Of a DNA stretch of 64,000 bases, positions 10,986-22,260 are shown piece by piece; positions within the stretch are counted from its first letter, which is position 1; each line of letters opens with the position of its first letter. This stretch comes from a virus. Where the stretch lies: IMG/VR virus record IMGVR_UViG_3300033146_003848, positions 64,001 to 128,000 of that record; one strand, given 5' to 3'. The notes under the pieces were generated by a model. The model saw only the letters and a list, made by a program, of their open reading frames with translations, was not told the DNA's origin and ran no database searches. The translations under genes and the position numbers were made by a program.

Positions 10986-11405
10986 ATGAAGTTTAGATGT
11001 GGATTTGTAAGTAATAGTAGTAGTTCAAGTTTCATTGCGGTTTACGCCAAAGTGGAATTCAAGAAAGCAGAAGATGTTTTGAAAAAATTAAATCTAGAAT
11101 CGATGACGAAAGATGAATTCATTGCTAAGTGGAAATATGAATTTGATGATGGGTTTGAAAATGATTGGGCAGGAGTTCAGTTAGATGTCCCATCAATTGA
11201 TGAATTGAATGATAAATCTAGATATGTGTATTTTGAATCATGCGACGAACACAATGACTCTGATTTTTGGGATGGAGGTGAGTATGATTATGACATTGGA
11301 CTGGACGATTTCAGCAGTCGAACTAAACAAATATTCAAACAGGTTAGCAACGAAAATGGGTTTACTGATATTAGTAAGGGCTTTGGAGCAGGACGAAATG
11401 GATAA
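10986..11405 (+). CDS. Second acidic GFVSNSSSSSF-motif protein
   Basis: MKFRCGFVSNSSSSSFIA; ATG 10986 follows GGAG. Confidence 0.75.
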   Translation: MKFRCGFVSNSSSSSFIAVYAKVEFKKAEDVLKKLNLESMTKDEFIAKWKYEFDDGFENDWAGVQLDVPSIDELNDKSRYVYFESCDEHNDSDFWDGGEYDYDIGLDDFSSRTKQIFKQVSNENGFTDISKGFGAGRNG

Positions 11406-11951
11406 TTTTATTTGGAGTTAACTCGTTTCATTATTTTTGACTTAATTGTTATTATATGTTATATTATATATGTGAGTAGATGATAATAATTTCGGAGAAG
11501 ATTATGTTAAGTGTGTATGATTGGGCATTAATGATAAATCAAAATTGTCAAACTCGTCAAGGTAAGATAGTGAAATTGATAGGAATTAAGATTGAAGGAG
11601 TAAATTTATCATTGTTCACAAGTAATGGGACATATAAATCATTGGAATTGACTCCTATTCTGAAATCATTCGATCAAATGAGCGAAGACGTTCGAAATGA
11701 ATTTGAGACCTTCATGATTGAAAGTAATATTGACTTTGGCTTTGAAAATCCTGAGTCATTTGATTATGATGAGTTTGGAATATCTTTTCATGAGGTATGT
11801 GAGAGCATTTGCTCTGAGAATCCTTGTTATAATTGTTATCAGCAATTACAGTTAGACTCAATGTTATCTGACTGGCTAACAAGACGAGGAGTCGATTGTA
11901 GAGAGTGGATTCCACAGAAATTAGCAATTAAATATTCAAAGGAGACATGAA

Positions 11952-13379
11952 ATGATTCAAGTGAAAGGTAAACATACGAACGCTACAATATTCACTGATG
12001 ATGTGGAGAAAAGTTGTTTGTTGCAAATCCAAACATTCTGTAATCATCCAGTGTTTGATAAATTAAACATAGCAATGATGCCCGATACTCATGCAGGAAA
12101 AGGAGTTCCAATTGGAACTGTGGTAGCATTATCAGATAAGATAATTCCATCAGTAATTGGAGTTGATATTGCATGTGGAATGTTGAGTTTTTGTTTGGAA
12201 GTTGGAGATGAAAAATTTAAAGACTTTGATTGGATTAAATTTGATAAATTACTGAGAAGAAAATTGCCAACAGGAATGCATATTCATTCTCAAGGTATCA
12301 ATTTCAAACAGGAATTCCCGTGGTATGAAGCACAAAAACAATTTGATGCATTTAGAGATGAGTATATAAAACGATATGATAAAGAAATGCCGTATGTGGA
12401 ATATAATTACGAATGGTTCTTGAATCTTTGCACTAAAATTGGAAGTAATTCTCAAAATGTTACTCGTTCAATTGGAACTTTAGGTGGAGGAAATCACTTC
12501 TTAGAGATAGGAAGAAGTAAGGAAACTGGGAAATATTGGCTTACAATTCATTCGGGAAGTAGGAACTTTGGATTGAAAGTTGCAACATATCATCAAAAAA
12601 AGGCAGAAGATGTCTTGAAAGAAAAGAGAGTTCAATTGGAGAAAAATATTAAAGAAACAATATTGAATGACTCCACGAATTTACATAAGCGAAAAGAGTT
12701 ATTGCATGATGTAAAAGTGAATGCTAATTTAGATTTTGACTTAAATATTAAAGGACTTGAATGGCTTGAAGATGAAGATGCTGTTGAATATATGACAGAT
12801 ATGATTTTCACTCAAATGTATGCGGGATTCAATAGACAAACTATAGAGTATATTGCATTAGATTGTCTTCAAGAAAGTTTAGACATTCAATTTATTTATA
12901 ATGAGAGTATTGAGTGTATTCATAACTATATTGATCCTCATGATTGGTTCATTAGAAAAGGAGCCATACGAGCATATCAAGGAGAGAAAAGTGTTATTCC
13001 GTTTAATATGAGAGATGGACTTTTAATCTGCACTGGTAAAAACAATAGTGATTGGAACTATTCTGCTCCGCATGGTGCAGGACGAGTGTTGAGTCGTAGT
13101 GTGGCAAAACAAACAATTAAATTGGAAGATTTTCAAGAGACAATGGAAGGCATTCATACTACATCCGTCACAGCATCAACATTAGATGAAAGTCCATTTG
13201 TATATAAAGATTCGGAATTGATTGAAATATTAATTGAAGATACGTGTAATGTTTTAGAGCATGTTATACCAATATATAATATGAAAAATGCTTCTGAAAT
13301 ATATATGAAACAAAAAAAAGAGCGAGATGATGAGGAGAAGAAGAATTATTCTAATACAATGGGCTGGGAAATTAAATGA
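11952..13379 (+). CDS. rtcB: RtcB-family RNA ligase
   Basis: MPDTHAG, GVDIACGM, GTLGGGNHFLE, HSGSR, HNY, SAPHGAGR, DESP. Confidence 0.95.
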   Translation: MIQVKGKHTNATIFTDDVEKSCLLQIQTFCNHPVFDKLNIAMMPDTHAGKGVPIGTVVALSDKIIPSVIGVDIACGMLSFCLEVGDEKFKDFDWIKFDKLLRRKLPTGMHIHSQGINFKQEFPWYEAQKQFDAFRDEYIKRYDKEMPYVEYNYEWFLNLCTKIGSNSQNVTRSIGTLGGGNHFLEIGRSKETGKYWLTIHSGSRNFGLKVATYHQKKAEDVLKEKRVQLEKNIKETILNDSTNLHKRKELLHDVKVNANLDFDLNIKGLEWLEDEDAVEYMTDMIFTQMYAGFNRQTIEYIALDCLQESLDIQFIYNESIECIHNYIDPHDWFIRKGAIRAYQGEKSVIPFNMRDGLLICTGKNNSDWNYSAPHGAGRVLSRSVAKQTIKLEDFQETMEGIHTTSVTASTLDESPFVYKDSELIEILIEDTCNVLEHVIPIYNMKNASEIYMKQKKERDDEEKKNYSNTMGWEIK

Positions 13380-13474
13380 AAATGATTCGTTAGGTGTTCG
13401 AGAGATATATGCTGAAACGTTTGGAGAAGGGATTCGTTGGAAGAAAGATGAGCGAGAATCAATTATGAAATATA

Positions 13475-13855
13475 TTGGAGAAAAGTATGAAATATCTTGA
13501 TCATATAATTTCACATAGAAAGTGTATTATTGCATTAGAGAAGCATTTGACAGGGAAAAATACTTGGGCAATTAAGTTGCATGATTTAGATAAAGTGATA
13601 TTAACTAGATTGGGAGTTTCAAAGAATCGAACTCATAAAATTCATAGATTTTTCTCTAGGCATCATGCGGAATCATTTTGGATTAAAAAGAATGTGTTTG
13701 AGATGTTTTTGGATTGGGAGTGTGCTAGATATACTAAACCGGATAAACCATTAACTGCGATTGAAACTGCTCAGAAATATTATCCACAACATCTATCTCA
13801 GATATTAGATTTTCAAGATAAGTATGCTGTGAAATTAGTTGATTTTAAATTTTAA
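13475..13855 (+). CDS. HD-like metal-dependent protein (true start probably the internal MKYLDH)
   Basis: H...HDLDK...HR..SRHH.E...EM..DW pattern. Confidence 0.5.
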   Translation: MEKSMKYLDHIISHRKCIIALEKHLTGKNTWAIKLHDLDKVILTRLGVSKNRTHKIHRFFSRHHAESFWIKKNVFEMFLDWECARYTKPDKPLTAIETAQKYYPQHLSQILDFQDKYAVKLVDFKF

Positions 13856-14220
13856 TGATGATATGAATAGAATGAAGAATAAAATGACATTTATTAAACG
13901 AATGATATATCAAGAGAAAGATGATATATTAAAAGTCATCGATGGTCAGTAATAGAGAAATTGAAGTTCTATTTTGGAGACAAAATCGAAGTGTGACTCA
14001 CTTATTCAAAACAGGATATAAATTTTACTTTACTGGACGAGATGAAGATAGAGAATATATGGAAACGATTCTTATTGCCTATATCAAAATTTAAAGCAAT
14101 GCTTTCAACTAAGTAGTCCACAAAACATTCGAATATCATCATCTTGAATATTAATTGACAAAAACAAAAAAATATGATATATTATATTTGTAGTTTAATA
14201 ATAATCAATGTGAGAAAATT

Positions 14221-15276
14221 ATGATACCAAGTGAAATTTACAACAAATTAAATGAACATGTTATTGGTCAAGAACATGCTAAGAAAGTTTTATCGGTAGC
14301 AGTATATAATCACTATAAGAGAATTGACACAGAAGGACTCCAAGTTGATATTCAAAAGAGTAATGTGATGTTATTGGGTCCTACAGGAAGTGGGAAGACA
14401 TATTTGATTCAGACTCTTGCTAAAATGTTGGATGTACCATTAGCAATAGCCGATGCATCTTCATTAACACAAGCAGGATATGTTGGAGCAGATACTGAAA
14501 CTATTCTTAGAACGTTGGTAATCAATGCTGATGGAGATATAGTGAAAGCCCAACGAGGAATTATTTATATTGATGAGATTGATAAATTAGCCAAACGAGA
14601 TTTAGGGACCAGTTTGACTGCAAATCCATCATCAGAAGGAGTTCAACAAGCACTGTTGAAAATAGTTGAGGGAACCATTTGTGAAGTCCCAACTACAGGA
14701 CAACGGAAGAATCCTCACGGACAAACATTCCCAATTGACACAACTAATATTCTATTCATTGTTGGTGGAGCATTCATTGGAATGGAAGAGATGATTTCTG
14801 AAAATGGAAGTACATCTACAGTAGGATTCGGAGAGAATGTTGTGAAGATGAAAAGTGAAGATGTGAAAATATCAAAAACGTTAACTAGTCAAGATATCAT
14901 TCATTATGGTATGATACCTGAATTCGTTGGACGATTCCCAATTCACGCTGTTTTAAATGAATTGAGTGATGATGACATGAGAAGAATATTAGTTGAACCT
15001 AAGAATTCCATCATCAAACAATATCAAGAATTATTTAGAATTGATGGTGTCACTTTAACCTTCGATGATGAAAGTTTAGATAGTATAATTCAAAAAACAA
15101 AAGATGAAAAATTAGGAGCAAGAGGTCTTCGACGAACATTGGAGAGTGTAATGTTAGATATAATGTTTAATGCTCCGACTATGGAAAATTTAGATGGAAT
15201 TATTATTAATAAGAATGTTATCGAAAACGTAGAAGATCCTATTTATAAGTTTGTTGATGTTCAATGTGCATCTTAA
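14221..15276 (+). CDS. clpX: ClpX AAA+ unfoldase lacking the N-terminal zinc-binding domain
   Basis: VIGQEHAKKVLSVAVYNHYKR, GPTGSGKT, AGYVG pore loop, IYIDEIDK, GVQQALLK, PEFVGR, LGARGLR. Confidence 0.93.
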   Translation: MIPSEIYNKLNEHVIGQEHAKKVLSVAVYNHYKRIDTEGLQVDIQKSNVMLLGPTGSGKTYLIQTLAKMLDVPLAIADASSLTQAGYVGADTETILRTLVINADGDIVKAQRGIIYIDEIDKLAKRDLGTSLTANPSSEGVQQALLKIVEGTICEVPTTGQRKNPHGQTFPIDTTNILFIVGGAFIGMEEMISENGSTSTVGFGENVVKMKSEDVKISKTLTSQDIIHYGMIPEFVGRFPIHAVLNELSDDDMRRILVEPKNSIIKQYQELFRIDGVTLTFDDESLDSIIQKTKDEKLGARGLRRTLESVMLDIMFNAPTMENLDGIIINKNVIENVEDPIYKFVDVQCAS

Positions 15277-15353
15277 TGAGTTGTATTTTAATCGGATGTA
15301 ATGATATAGTGATTTTTAGTGAGAATTGATAGTGTCACATAGGAGAAACAAAA

Positions 15354-16169
15354 ATGGAAGTTATAAATGTAAGTTTACGAATGAGTAATGATACGCAGTT
15401 GGTTAAAATATATGAATGTGATCGACACCGAAATTGTTCATATTTTAAGAATGATACCTGTTGCAATATGAATCAAATGTCAAAATGTGAGTTTGGACAA
15501 GCAACTGTTGAATGGGGATTTAAAGAAGGGACTCCTGAATTTGAAGAATTTCGAGAAAAGTGGGAATATCATGCTGAATTTAATAAGTTAAATCCTGCTA
15601 ATGCTGTATTAGGATTAATAAATGATGATGTAATATTCCCATATCCATATGTAGTAATAAAAGACGATTATTCTATTGCGGGACCATCATTAGCATCTGA
15701 CTTAGTAGGAGTTATTCCGAAAAAAGTGTTTACTGTGGAGTATATTCGCACTCTTTGTGAATTTGTTCCTGAAAGCATATTAGGAGGAGCAATTATTAAA
15801 TATCAAAAAGACATTGTTCCACTTTTCCTTTTGAACTTGAGAACGTTGTTCCCAGACTTGTATGCACAATTTATCGATAAATATCCAACATATGCGATTC
15901 CAAATCAATTAATCGGGAGATTTGTATTGTTACACACATTATCTCCGTCAATTCTCGAATATCATTCTCCACAATTCCCATCATTAGATTCTTCATGGTA
16001 TTGGGACGGAACATGTTTGAAATATATGAGTGGTCATTTTGATAATCCTCTGATTGCAAAATCGAAAACTATTTTGGAGTTTAAATATATTCCATTTAAA
16101 TACGCAACAGTAGAAATTACAAATTTAAATGTGAATCAAATAGTTGAAACCACAGAGTTTGTGAAGTAA
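15354..16169 (+). CDS. Hypothetical protein with N-terminal Cys cluster
   Basis: 271 aa, AGGAG RBS. Confidence 0.6.
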   Translation: MEVINVSLRMSNDTQLVKIYECDRHRNCSYFKNDTCCNMNQMSKCEFGQATVEWGFKEGTPEFEEFREKWEYHAEFNKLNPANAVLGLINDDVIFPYPYVVIKDDYSIAGPSLASDLVGVIPKKVFTVEYIRTLCEFVPESILGGAIIKYQKDIVPLFLLNLRTLFPDLYAQFIDKYPTYAIPNQLIGRFVLLHTLSPSILEYHSPQFPSLDSSWYWDGTCLKYMSGHFDNPLIAKSKTILEFKYIPFKYATVEITNLNVNQIVETTEFVK

Positions 16170-16265
16170 ATTATATGTATATTGAAGAGTCAATTAATAC
16201 GAGATGTTAACTTTATATAACACTAAACTAGAATATGAAATGATACAATTGGAGGAGAATAAGAA

Positions 16266-16919
16266 ATGAGATATTTATTGGACGATGATGATTTTGATAT
16301 CAATACTTGGTTACAACAAGTTGTAGTGAGAGATTTTGGAATTTTTGCGGGAACTAGAGAATTATATGAGATGACTCATGATGAGTTACTATCGTATCTT
16401 CAAGGGGAGAGGACAAAAGATATTGAACGTAGACAAACTAAATTGAAACTGGTTAAAGATGAAGTTGATCGAATCAATATCAAGTCTAATGAGGATTGGG
16501 AAAAAGAATACAATGAAGAATTGACTGAGGATGAAACTCGTCGAGACGATCAAGTGAAGCGAAATACCATGTTAAAGGAAAGATATCATGAGAATATTCA
16601 AAAAATCACGACTGCAATTGAAACCGCTACTGATGATATGTCTTTAAAGATGCTATCGTCAGCAAAAGAACAACTTGAGGATGATGTATTGGCGATAAAG
16701 AGAGGTGAAGAGGGTCTTGAAGCACATAGGTTTAAAAATGTATTCCCTAATTGGGAGTATTACAAACAAAGTAATATTGATATTGCTAAGAATAACTTAG
16801 TGCGAGAAATTACCGAATCAACAAAACGATCTAATCAAAACGAATTAGATCAACATATCGAGTGGTATAAAAGATTCGTGAGGGATATGAATTCAACATT
16901 TGGTCAAAAAAATGATTGA
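16266..16919 (+). CDS. Hypothetical coiled-coil protein
   Basis: 217 aa, GGAGG RBS. Confidence 0.6.
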   Translation: MRYLLDDDDFDINTWLQQVVVRDFGIFAGTRELYEMTHDELLSYLQGERTKDIERRQTKLKLVKDEVDRINIKSNEDWEKEYNEELTEDETRRDDQVKRNTMLKERYHENIQKITTAIETATDDMSLKMLSSAKEQLEDDVLAIKRGEEGLEAHRFKNVFPNWEYYKQSNIDIAKNNLVREITESTKRSNQNELDQHIEWYKRFVRDMNSTFGQKND

Positions 16920-17730
16920 GGTTCTAAATTATCTGATATATTATATTGTTATTAATTAATATTGGAGAGAGTTGTGGCTTTAAAAGTTATTGAGTGGTGT
17001 TATTCTACATTAAAGCGAAATTGGTTTATCGAAAAGTATTTGTTGAAAACTGAGTTTTCAAAGGCAATTACCATGAGTAAATATATTGAACAGATCGTTA
17101 TTCCTCGTATATTGACGGATTTTAAATTTAATGAACGACAATATGTTCGCAAAATGGATTTATTATTTCTTTCATTAAAACAATCGGCATTGAGAAGAGA
17201 AATTGAGAGTTCACTTCAGACCAATACAGATGTTATTTGTACAATTCAAGGGACTTGGATGAATCATTTTACTGAGAGGACCGATTGGAATTTAATCCCA
17301 ATGTTAGAGAAACTTTCAACGGCAATTCAAACATATGCACAAAACCTCACTCAGAATAATCTTATTGAGATTCAAGTGCTATGGTGGCTTACTCGAAGTC
17401 AATTGTTATATTCTAAAGAAGATATGGGTTGGATAGAGAATGTGATAATTCCATACTCAGCAAAATGGAGAAGTAAATGAAACAGAATGATGTGTTGTTT
17501 TCCAAGCGATTTAAAGGTGAAACTGAAATTATAGCATATTATCTAGTGGAAAATGTTATTGATGATTTTCGAGTAGAATGCTTTAGAATTAACTATGATA
17601 ATGGTGAATATGAAGTGAATCCTATTTTGTTTGAAAAACAAACTAAAAAGGTATTAATTTTAAATGAAGATATCATTGATAATTTACCGAAATTAAAAAA
17701 GGCGATTGATATATTTAACCGGAGAAGAAA

Positions 17731-18831
17731 ATGAAAAGGTTTATTAGGTTTGGAAAAATAGGACAATTAAGAGATGTTATTAGAAATTTTTCTAGTCACG
17801 TTCAGTATGTCGGAATAGAAAACGGTGAAGCGAAATATGATTCATCAATTAAATTGCCGACAGTGAAAATTATAGCATCTGAGAAGATTCATGGAACCAA
17901 TGCGGGAGTTTGCTTTAGTGCTCCGGATGGGTTTTGGATACAAAGTAGGAGGAATATTATAACTCCAGAGAAAGATAATCATTCTTGTGCATTGAATGCT
18001 ACACATAATCAAGAGACTTGGATGAATATCATTCAACATCAAGCCAAAGTGTATGATATTGATTTGAATGAGAATATCATATCTATATTTTTTGAGTGGT
18101 CAGGACAAGGAATACAAAAGAATTCAGCGTTAACTGGATTATCGAAACGCTCTATGATATTCCAACATTTCAAGGTCAGTCCTATTTTGGAGCAATCAAC
18201 TGAGGATGGAAATGATGAGAATTCAAGTTCATCATATTGGCTAGAAATAAAAGATTTCGATTCTAGTGCGAATGAAGTTGGTATTTATTCTATCATGGAT
18301 TTCCCAACATATTCTTTTGATATTGATTTTAGTAATCCAAAACTTAGTGTGAATTCAATGATTCAATTAGTTGAAGAAATTATTGAGCCTAATTCACCAG
18401 TCGGGAAACAATTTGATATTGAGAATAATGTAGGTGAAGGGATTGTTTGCACTTTTATGTGGGAAAACATTCTATATCGATTTAAAGTGAAAGGTGAAAA
18501 GCATTCTGCAACAAAAGTGAAGACTCTGACTCCTGTTGATGAAGAAAAGGAGCGAGTTAAAATCGAGTTTGCAAATCTAGTATGTAGTGCTTCACGATTA
18601 GAACAAGCCTGGGACGAATGTTTTCATGTGGGCCAAAGTGAAGAAATAGAGAATAAGAATAGAAAACATACTGGTTCATTTATTCGTCTAGTTATGAATG
18701 ATATTCTTGCTGAAGAAGTTGATATAATGATGGAGCGAAAACTTGAAGTGTCAGATATTAAAGAAAGTGTTGGAAACATTTCAAGGAAATGGTTTTTTGA
18801 ACAAATCGATGCTAATGTTGGACTAATATAA
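17731..18831 (+). CDS. ATP-dependent RNA ligase, Rnl2-like
   Basis: Motif I EKIHGTN, FFEW, motif IV GEGIV, motif V FKVKGEK. Confidence 0.8.
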   Translation: MKRFIRFGKIGQLRDVIRNFSSHVQYVGIENGEAKYDSSIKLPTVKIIASEKIHGTNAGVCFSAPDGFWIQSRRNIITPEKDNHSCALNATHNQETWMNIIQHQAKVYDIDLNENIISIFFEWSGQGIQKNSALTGLSKRSMIFQHFKVSPILEQSTEDGNDENSSSSYWLEIKDFDSSANEVGIYSIMDFPTYSFDIDFSNPKLSVNSMIQLVEEIIEPNSPVGKQFDIENNVGEGIVCTFMWENILYRFKVKGEKHSATKVKTLTPVDEEKERVKIEFANLVCSASRLEQAWDECFHVGQSEEIENKNRKHTGSFIRLVMNDILAEEVDIMMERKLEVSDIKESVGNISRKWFFEQIDANVGLI

Positions 18832-18900
18832 TTTGACTTAGAGTGATATTTATGTTATATTATTATTGTGAAAACAATAACTTTTATAGAGGAAATCAAA

Positions 18901-20049
18901 ATGGCAAGAATTGAATTAACATTGTCCCCAGATTACGTTAGTACGTGGGGAATTTCGGAAGCGTTGAGAGAATTGGAACAGAACATTATCGATAGAGCAA
19001 ATGAGGATTATTACGCCAAAAAGATACATATATTTGAGCCTGAAAATGAGAGACTGATTGTTGGTAATCAAAACACAACGATTCCAAAAAAGACATTGCT
19101 ACTGGGACAAACAACAAAACGAAATGATAGCAATAGTATTGGTACTTTCGGTGAAGGATATAAATTAGCGTTGTTGATTTTAAATAGATTGGGATTAAAA
19201 ACTAAGATATATAATGGTTCTGAATTGTGGGAGCCAAAAATTATCGAATCGAGGAAATTTGGTGGTAAATTATTAGTGATCGACACTTCTTTGCCAAATT
19301 ATGTGGATACTCCAAAAGACCTAATTTTTTACATTGAAGGTGTTACCAAAGAAATGTACGCGGACTTTAAAAATAAATGTCTATTTCATCAAGAGGTTGG
19401 ATCAGTTATTGATGTTGCAGGAACAGGACAAATACTTCTAAATCCTAAATTTGGTGGTAAATTGTTCGTTGAAGGCTTATTCATTTGTGATTCTAAAACA
19501 AAGTATGGATATAATTTCAAGTCTCATAAAATTCAATTGAATAGAGATAGAAGTCAAGTGGGAGATTTTGATCTTTCATATGAATCCTCTAGATTGTGGA
19601 TGCATCATAACGTAACTGCTGAAGATGAACTTAATAAAATTGATACTTTAGTTGTAGATATGATGAAGAGTGATAGTTTAGACATTCGATTTATTTCTTC
19701 ATTTGGAGGTTCTAATTTTAGACGAGTCTGTGAGTTAAAAATGAAAAAATTCAATGCCGATTTTAATCCAAATAGTGTTCCTGTGAAGACATCAGAAGAG
19801 GCCAAACATTTAAGAGAAATTTATGATAATGTTGATCCAATAATCGTTACTAGTAGCGATTATGAATACTATTCTTGTACTCCAACATATAAAGAGAGAT
19901 TGAAATCTTTGGGAGCCGATAATATGAAATTGGATAGTCCTCAATCGATATTAAAGACATTTAAATATAAATATCAAAATAATTTAGGATATAATGAACT
20001 TCAAGCATTAGATGAAATTATTGGTCAAGCATATTATTGGTCAAATTAA
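18901..20049 (+). CDS. GHKL-type ATPase
   Basis: ALRELEQNIID (N box) and IGTFGEGYK (G box); ATG 18901 follows GAGG. Confidence 0.75.
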   Translation: MARIELTLSPDYVSTWGISEALRELEQNIIDRANEDYYAKKIHIFEPENERLIVGNQNTTIPKKTLLLGQTTKRNDSNSIGTFGEGYKLALLILNRLGLKTKIYNGSELWEPKIIESRKFGGKLLVIDTSLPNYVDTPKDLIFYIEGVTKEMYADFKNKCLFHQEVGSVIDVAGTGQILLNPKFGGKLFVEGLFICDSKTKYGYNFKSHKIQLNRDRSQVGDFDLSYESSRLWMHHNVTAEDELNKIDTLVVDMMKSDSLDIRFISSFGGSNFRRVCELKMKKFNADFNPNSVPVKTSEEAKHLREIYDNVDPIIVTSSDYEYYSCTPTYKERLKSLGADNMKLDSPQSILKTFKYKYQNNLGYNELQALDEIIGQAYYWSN

Positions 20050-20207
20050 ATATTTTAAAATGTCGATTGCATGCTCAAGTGAGCCTAGATTATCTCGAAC
20101 GTTTGATGTGAGATTGAAAGAAAATTCGATTCCCGTCAAAACAATGAAGCAAATAAACGAGTTCTGTCCGTTTTTAGGACAGAACGCAAACAAATAGAGG
20201 AGACAAA

Positions 20208-20681
20208 ATGGAGATAAAAGTTTTAAGAGTCAATGATAATAGTGACTCAACTATCGGTCTATTTTATATAGATGATGTATTTCAATGTTTTACTATTGAA
20301 GATGAGGGTAGAACTGAGAAAGTGAGCGGTCAGACTAGAATCTGGTCAGGTACATATGAAATAGGACTTCGAAGAGTTGGTGGGTTTCATGAGCGATACT
20401 TGAAAAAATTCCCTGATATGCACGAGGGAATGTTGGAAGTTTTAGATGTTGAGGGCTTTGAATATATTTTGATACATATAGGCAACGAAGAAGATGATAC
20501 AGATGGTTGTTTATTAGTAGGAACAAGTTGCACGTCTAATTTAGATAATAGAGGATTTATAGGTCATTCAACTAATGCATATAAACAGATTTATCCTCAA
20601 ATACTTCAAGCATTAAAGAATGATGAAGAGGTAACAATCACATATATTAATCCCAATTTCATAGAGAATATCAATGAGTGA
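20208..20681 (+). CDS. DUF5675-family protein (L,D-transpeptidase-like His/Cys motif)
   Basis: STIG...CFTIED, I.SGTY, ILIHIGN...DTDGCLLVG. Confidence 0.75.
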   Translation: MEIKVLRVNDNSDSTIGLFYIDDVFQCFTIEDEGRTEKVSGQTRIWSGTYEIGLRRVGGFHERYLKKFPDMHEGMLEVLDVEGFEYILIHIGNEEDDTDGCLLVGTSCTSNLDNRGFIGHSTNAYKQIYPQILQALKNDEEVTITYINPNFIENINE

Positions 20682-21241
20682 TATATCAAAAGACATATCA
20701 TTTCAAGGGAGATTCACTTTTGAATATGGTCTTATAGAAGTTAAAGATAATCGAACGTTATTACTGGTGTCTAATAATATTGAACCCTTCAAATATTTAT
20801 TTTCGAGAAAGGAGTTGGCAGGTAAATTATATCAAAATGTTGGATTTATTCCAGGATCAACATTACATTTTGATGCAGATAAAATCATTTGGATGTTGTT
20901 ATCGAAAGACGATAATATTGAGTTCAATATTAACGATAAAGATACCTTTAATTCGTTACATGCAATAGAGAAGCAATTGATACAATCAGGAGACACTGAT
21001 GAGTTTCAACTGCGAACGTTTGTTCCACAAGTCAAGGGAATATTTTCATCTAAAGACAAGAATGAGCCTGAGAAGAGTTTATTGGAACCTACTAAAAAGG
21101 AAGTGTTTCTGATGAGTAGTTTGTCCGTAAGAAGTGAAAAGTATATTACTGGTTCACATATGATAGAAATATTGGATGATGAATTTATGACAACATATTC
21201 ATCATTTCCAAAGGAAATGATTTTAATTTAAGGAGGAAGAT

Positions 21242-21661
21242 ATGAAATGTAAAGTTTGCGGTATTGAAAATGGAACTAGAAGTGTTTGTGAGAGTTGTGG
21301 AGCCAAATTGGAAGAGTTTGTGCTTGAGGATGGAATTCGAAAGAATCATCTTCGTAAATTGGTTAGAGATAAGATGCCATTGGTATATAAACATCAGTTG
21401 AAGAAGTTTGATGGACATAAAGTTGAAGATCCTAAACAATTGCGAATGTTAATAATGGAGAACATTCAAGAAGAGATAGATAAACTCAAAAAGGGAGAAT
21501 CTGAAGTATTTGCTATGGTAGAGATTATTGACTTAGTGTTAGCGTTAGGAGGAACTTCTAAGTTAGCCTTTGAGGATATTTTCCAAAAGAGGAAGGAGAC
21601 AATCGACAAGTATGGTTCGTTTGCTAATTCTTGTTATATTAAGTGGGTAGAAGAAAAGTAA
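21242..21661 (+). CDS. Zinc ribbon plus MazG/PRA-PH-like nucleotide pyrophosphohydrolase fold, possibly degenerate
   Basis: CKVC...CESC, then KLVRDKMP...QEE...KR....GSF. Confidence 0.55.
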   Translation: MKCKVCGIENGTRSVCESCGAKLEEFVLEDGIRKNHLRKLVRDKMPLVYKHQLKKFDGHKVEDPKQLRMLIMENIQEEIDKLKKGESEVFAMVEIIDLVLALGGTSKLAFEDIFQKRKETIDKYGSFANSCYIKWVEEK

Positions 21662-21729
21662 TTTAAGTTGACTTGGTTGATAAATTATGATATAGTGTAT
21701 TGAAAGTTATTAATTATTTGAGAGATATT

Positions 21730-22260
21730 ATGAATATTCAAGTTTGGTCGAGAGCAAAAATGAATTTCTTGATTGATAGGAAAATTGCATTGCCATTTCA
21801 TAAGAATGAACCATATGTGATTGTTTCAATATGTGGAGTTTATGATGCAGTATATGGATTAGATTCGTTGTCTGCAACAGGGATTCTAGAATTAAAATTT
21901 GCCGATATGACTCGTGAGTATTGGGAAAAACATCAATCAACATTACATCCAGATAGCATGTTTAATGAAACTCATGCTATTAAATTGTTAGACTTTATTT
22001 ATAAAAATAAAGATGTGGAAAATTGGATAATACATTGTGATGCTGGACTTAGTCGTTCGGGAGCAGTTGCTAGTTGGATAGCCAATCATTTTGGAATATC
22101 ATTCCAAGAGTTGCAAGATCAACAGGATCATAAAATTTATCCGAATTCGATCGTCTTAGATGTTATGAATGAAGTTTCAGGTAAAACTAAAGATGCTCAA
22201 AAATTATATGATGATTTATTTAATAATTCCCAGAGCAGAAGAGGTATAAAATATGACTAA
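21730..22260 (+). CDS. Cys-dependent (dual-specificity/tyrosine) phosphatase
   Basis: HCDAGLSRS (CX5R). Confidence 0.85.
   Translation: MNIQVWSRAKMNFLIDRKIALPFHKNEPYVIVSICGVYDAVYGLDSLSATGILELKFADMTREYWEKHQSTLHPDSMFNETHAIKLLDFIYKNKDVENWIIHCDAGLSRSGAVASWIANHFGISFQELQDQQDHKIYPNSIVLDVMNEVSGKTKDAQKLYDDLFNNSQSRRGIKYD

Larger units (their letters stand above)
895..21696 (+). promoter_or_regulatory. Scattered sigma70-type promoters heading the auxiliary operons
   Basis: TTGAC(A/T)-17-TATA(t/c/g)T at about 895, 2067, 6205, 11437, 14155, 18833 and 21668. Confidence 0.7.
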
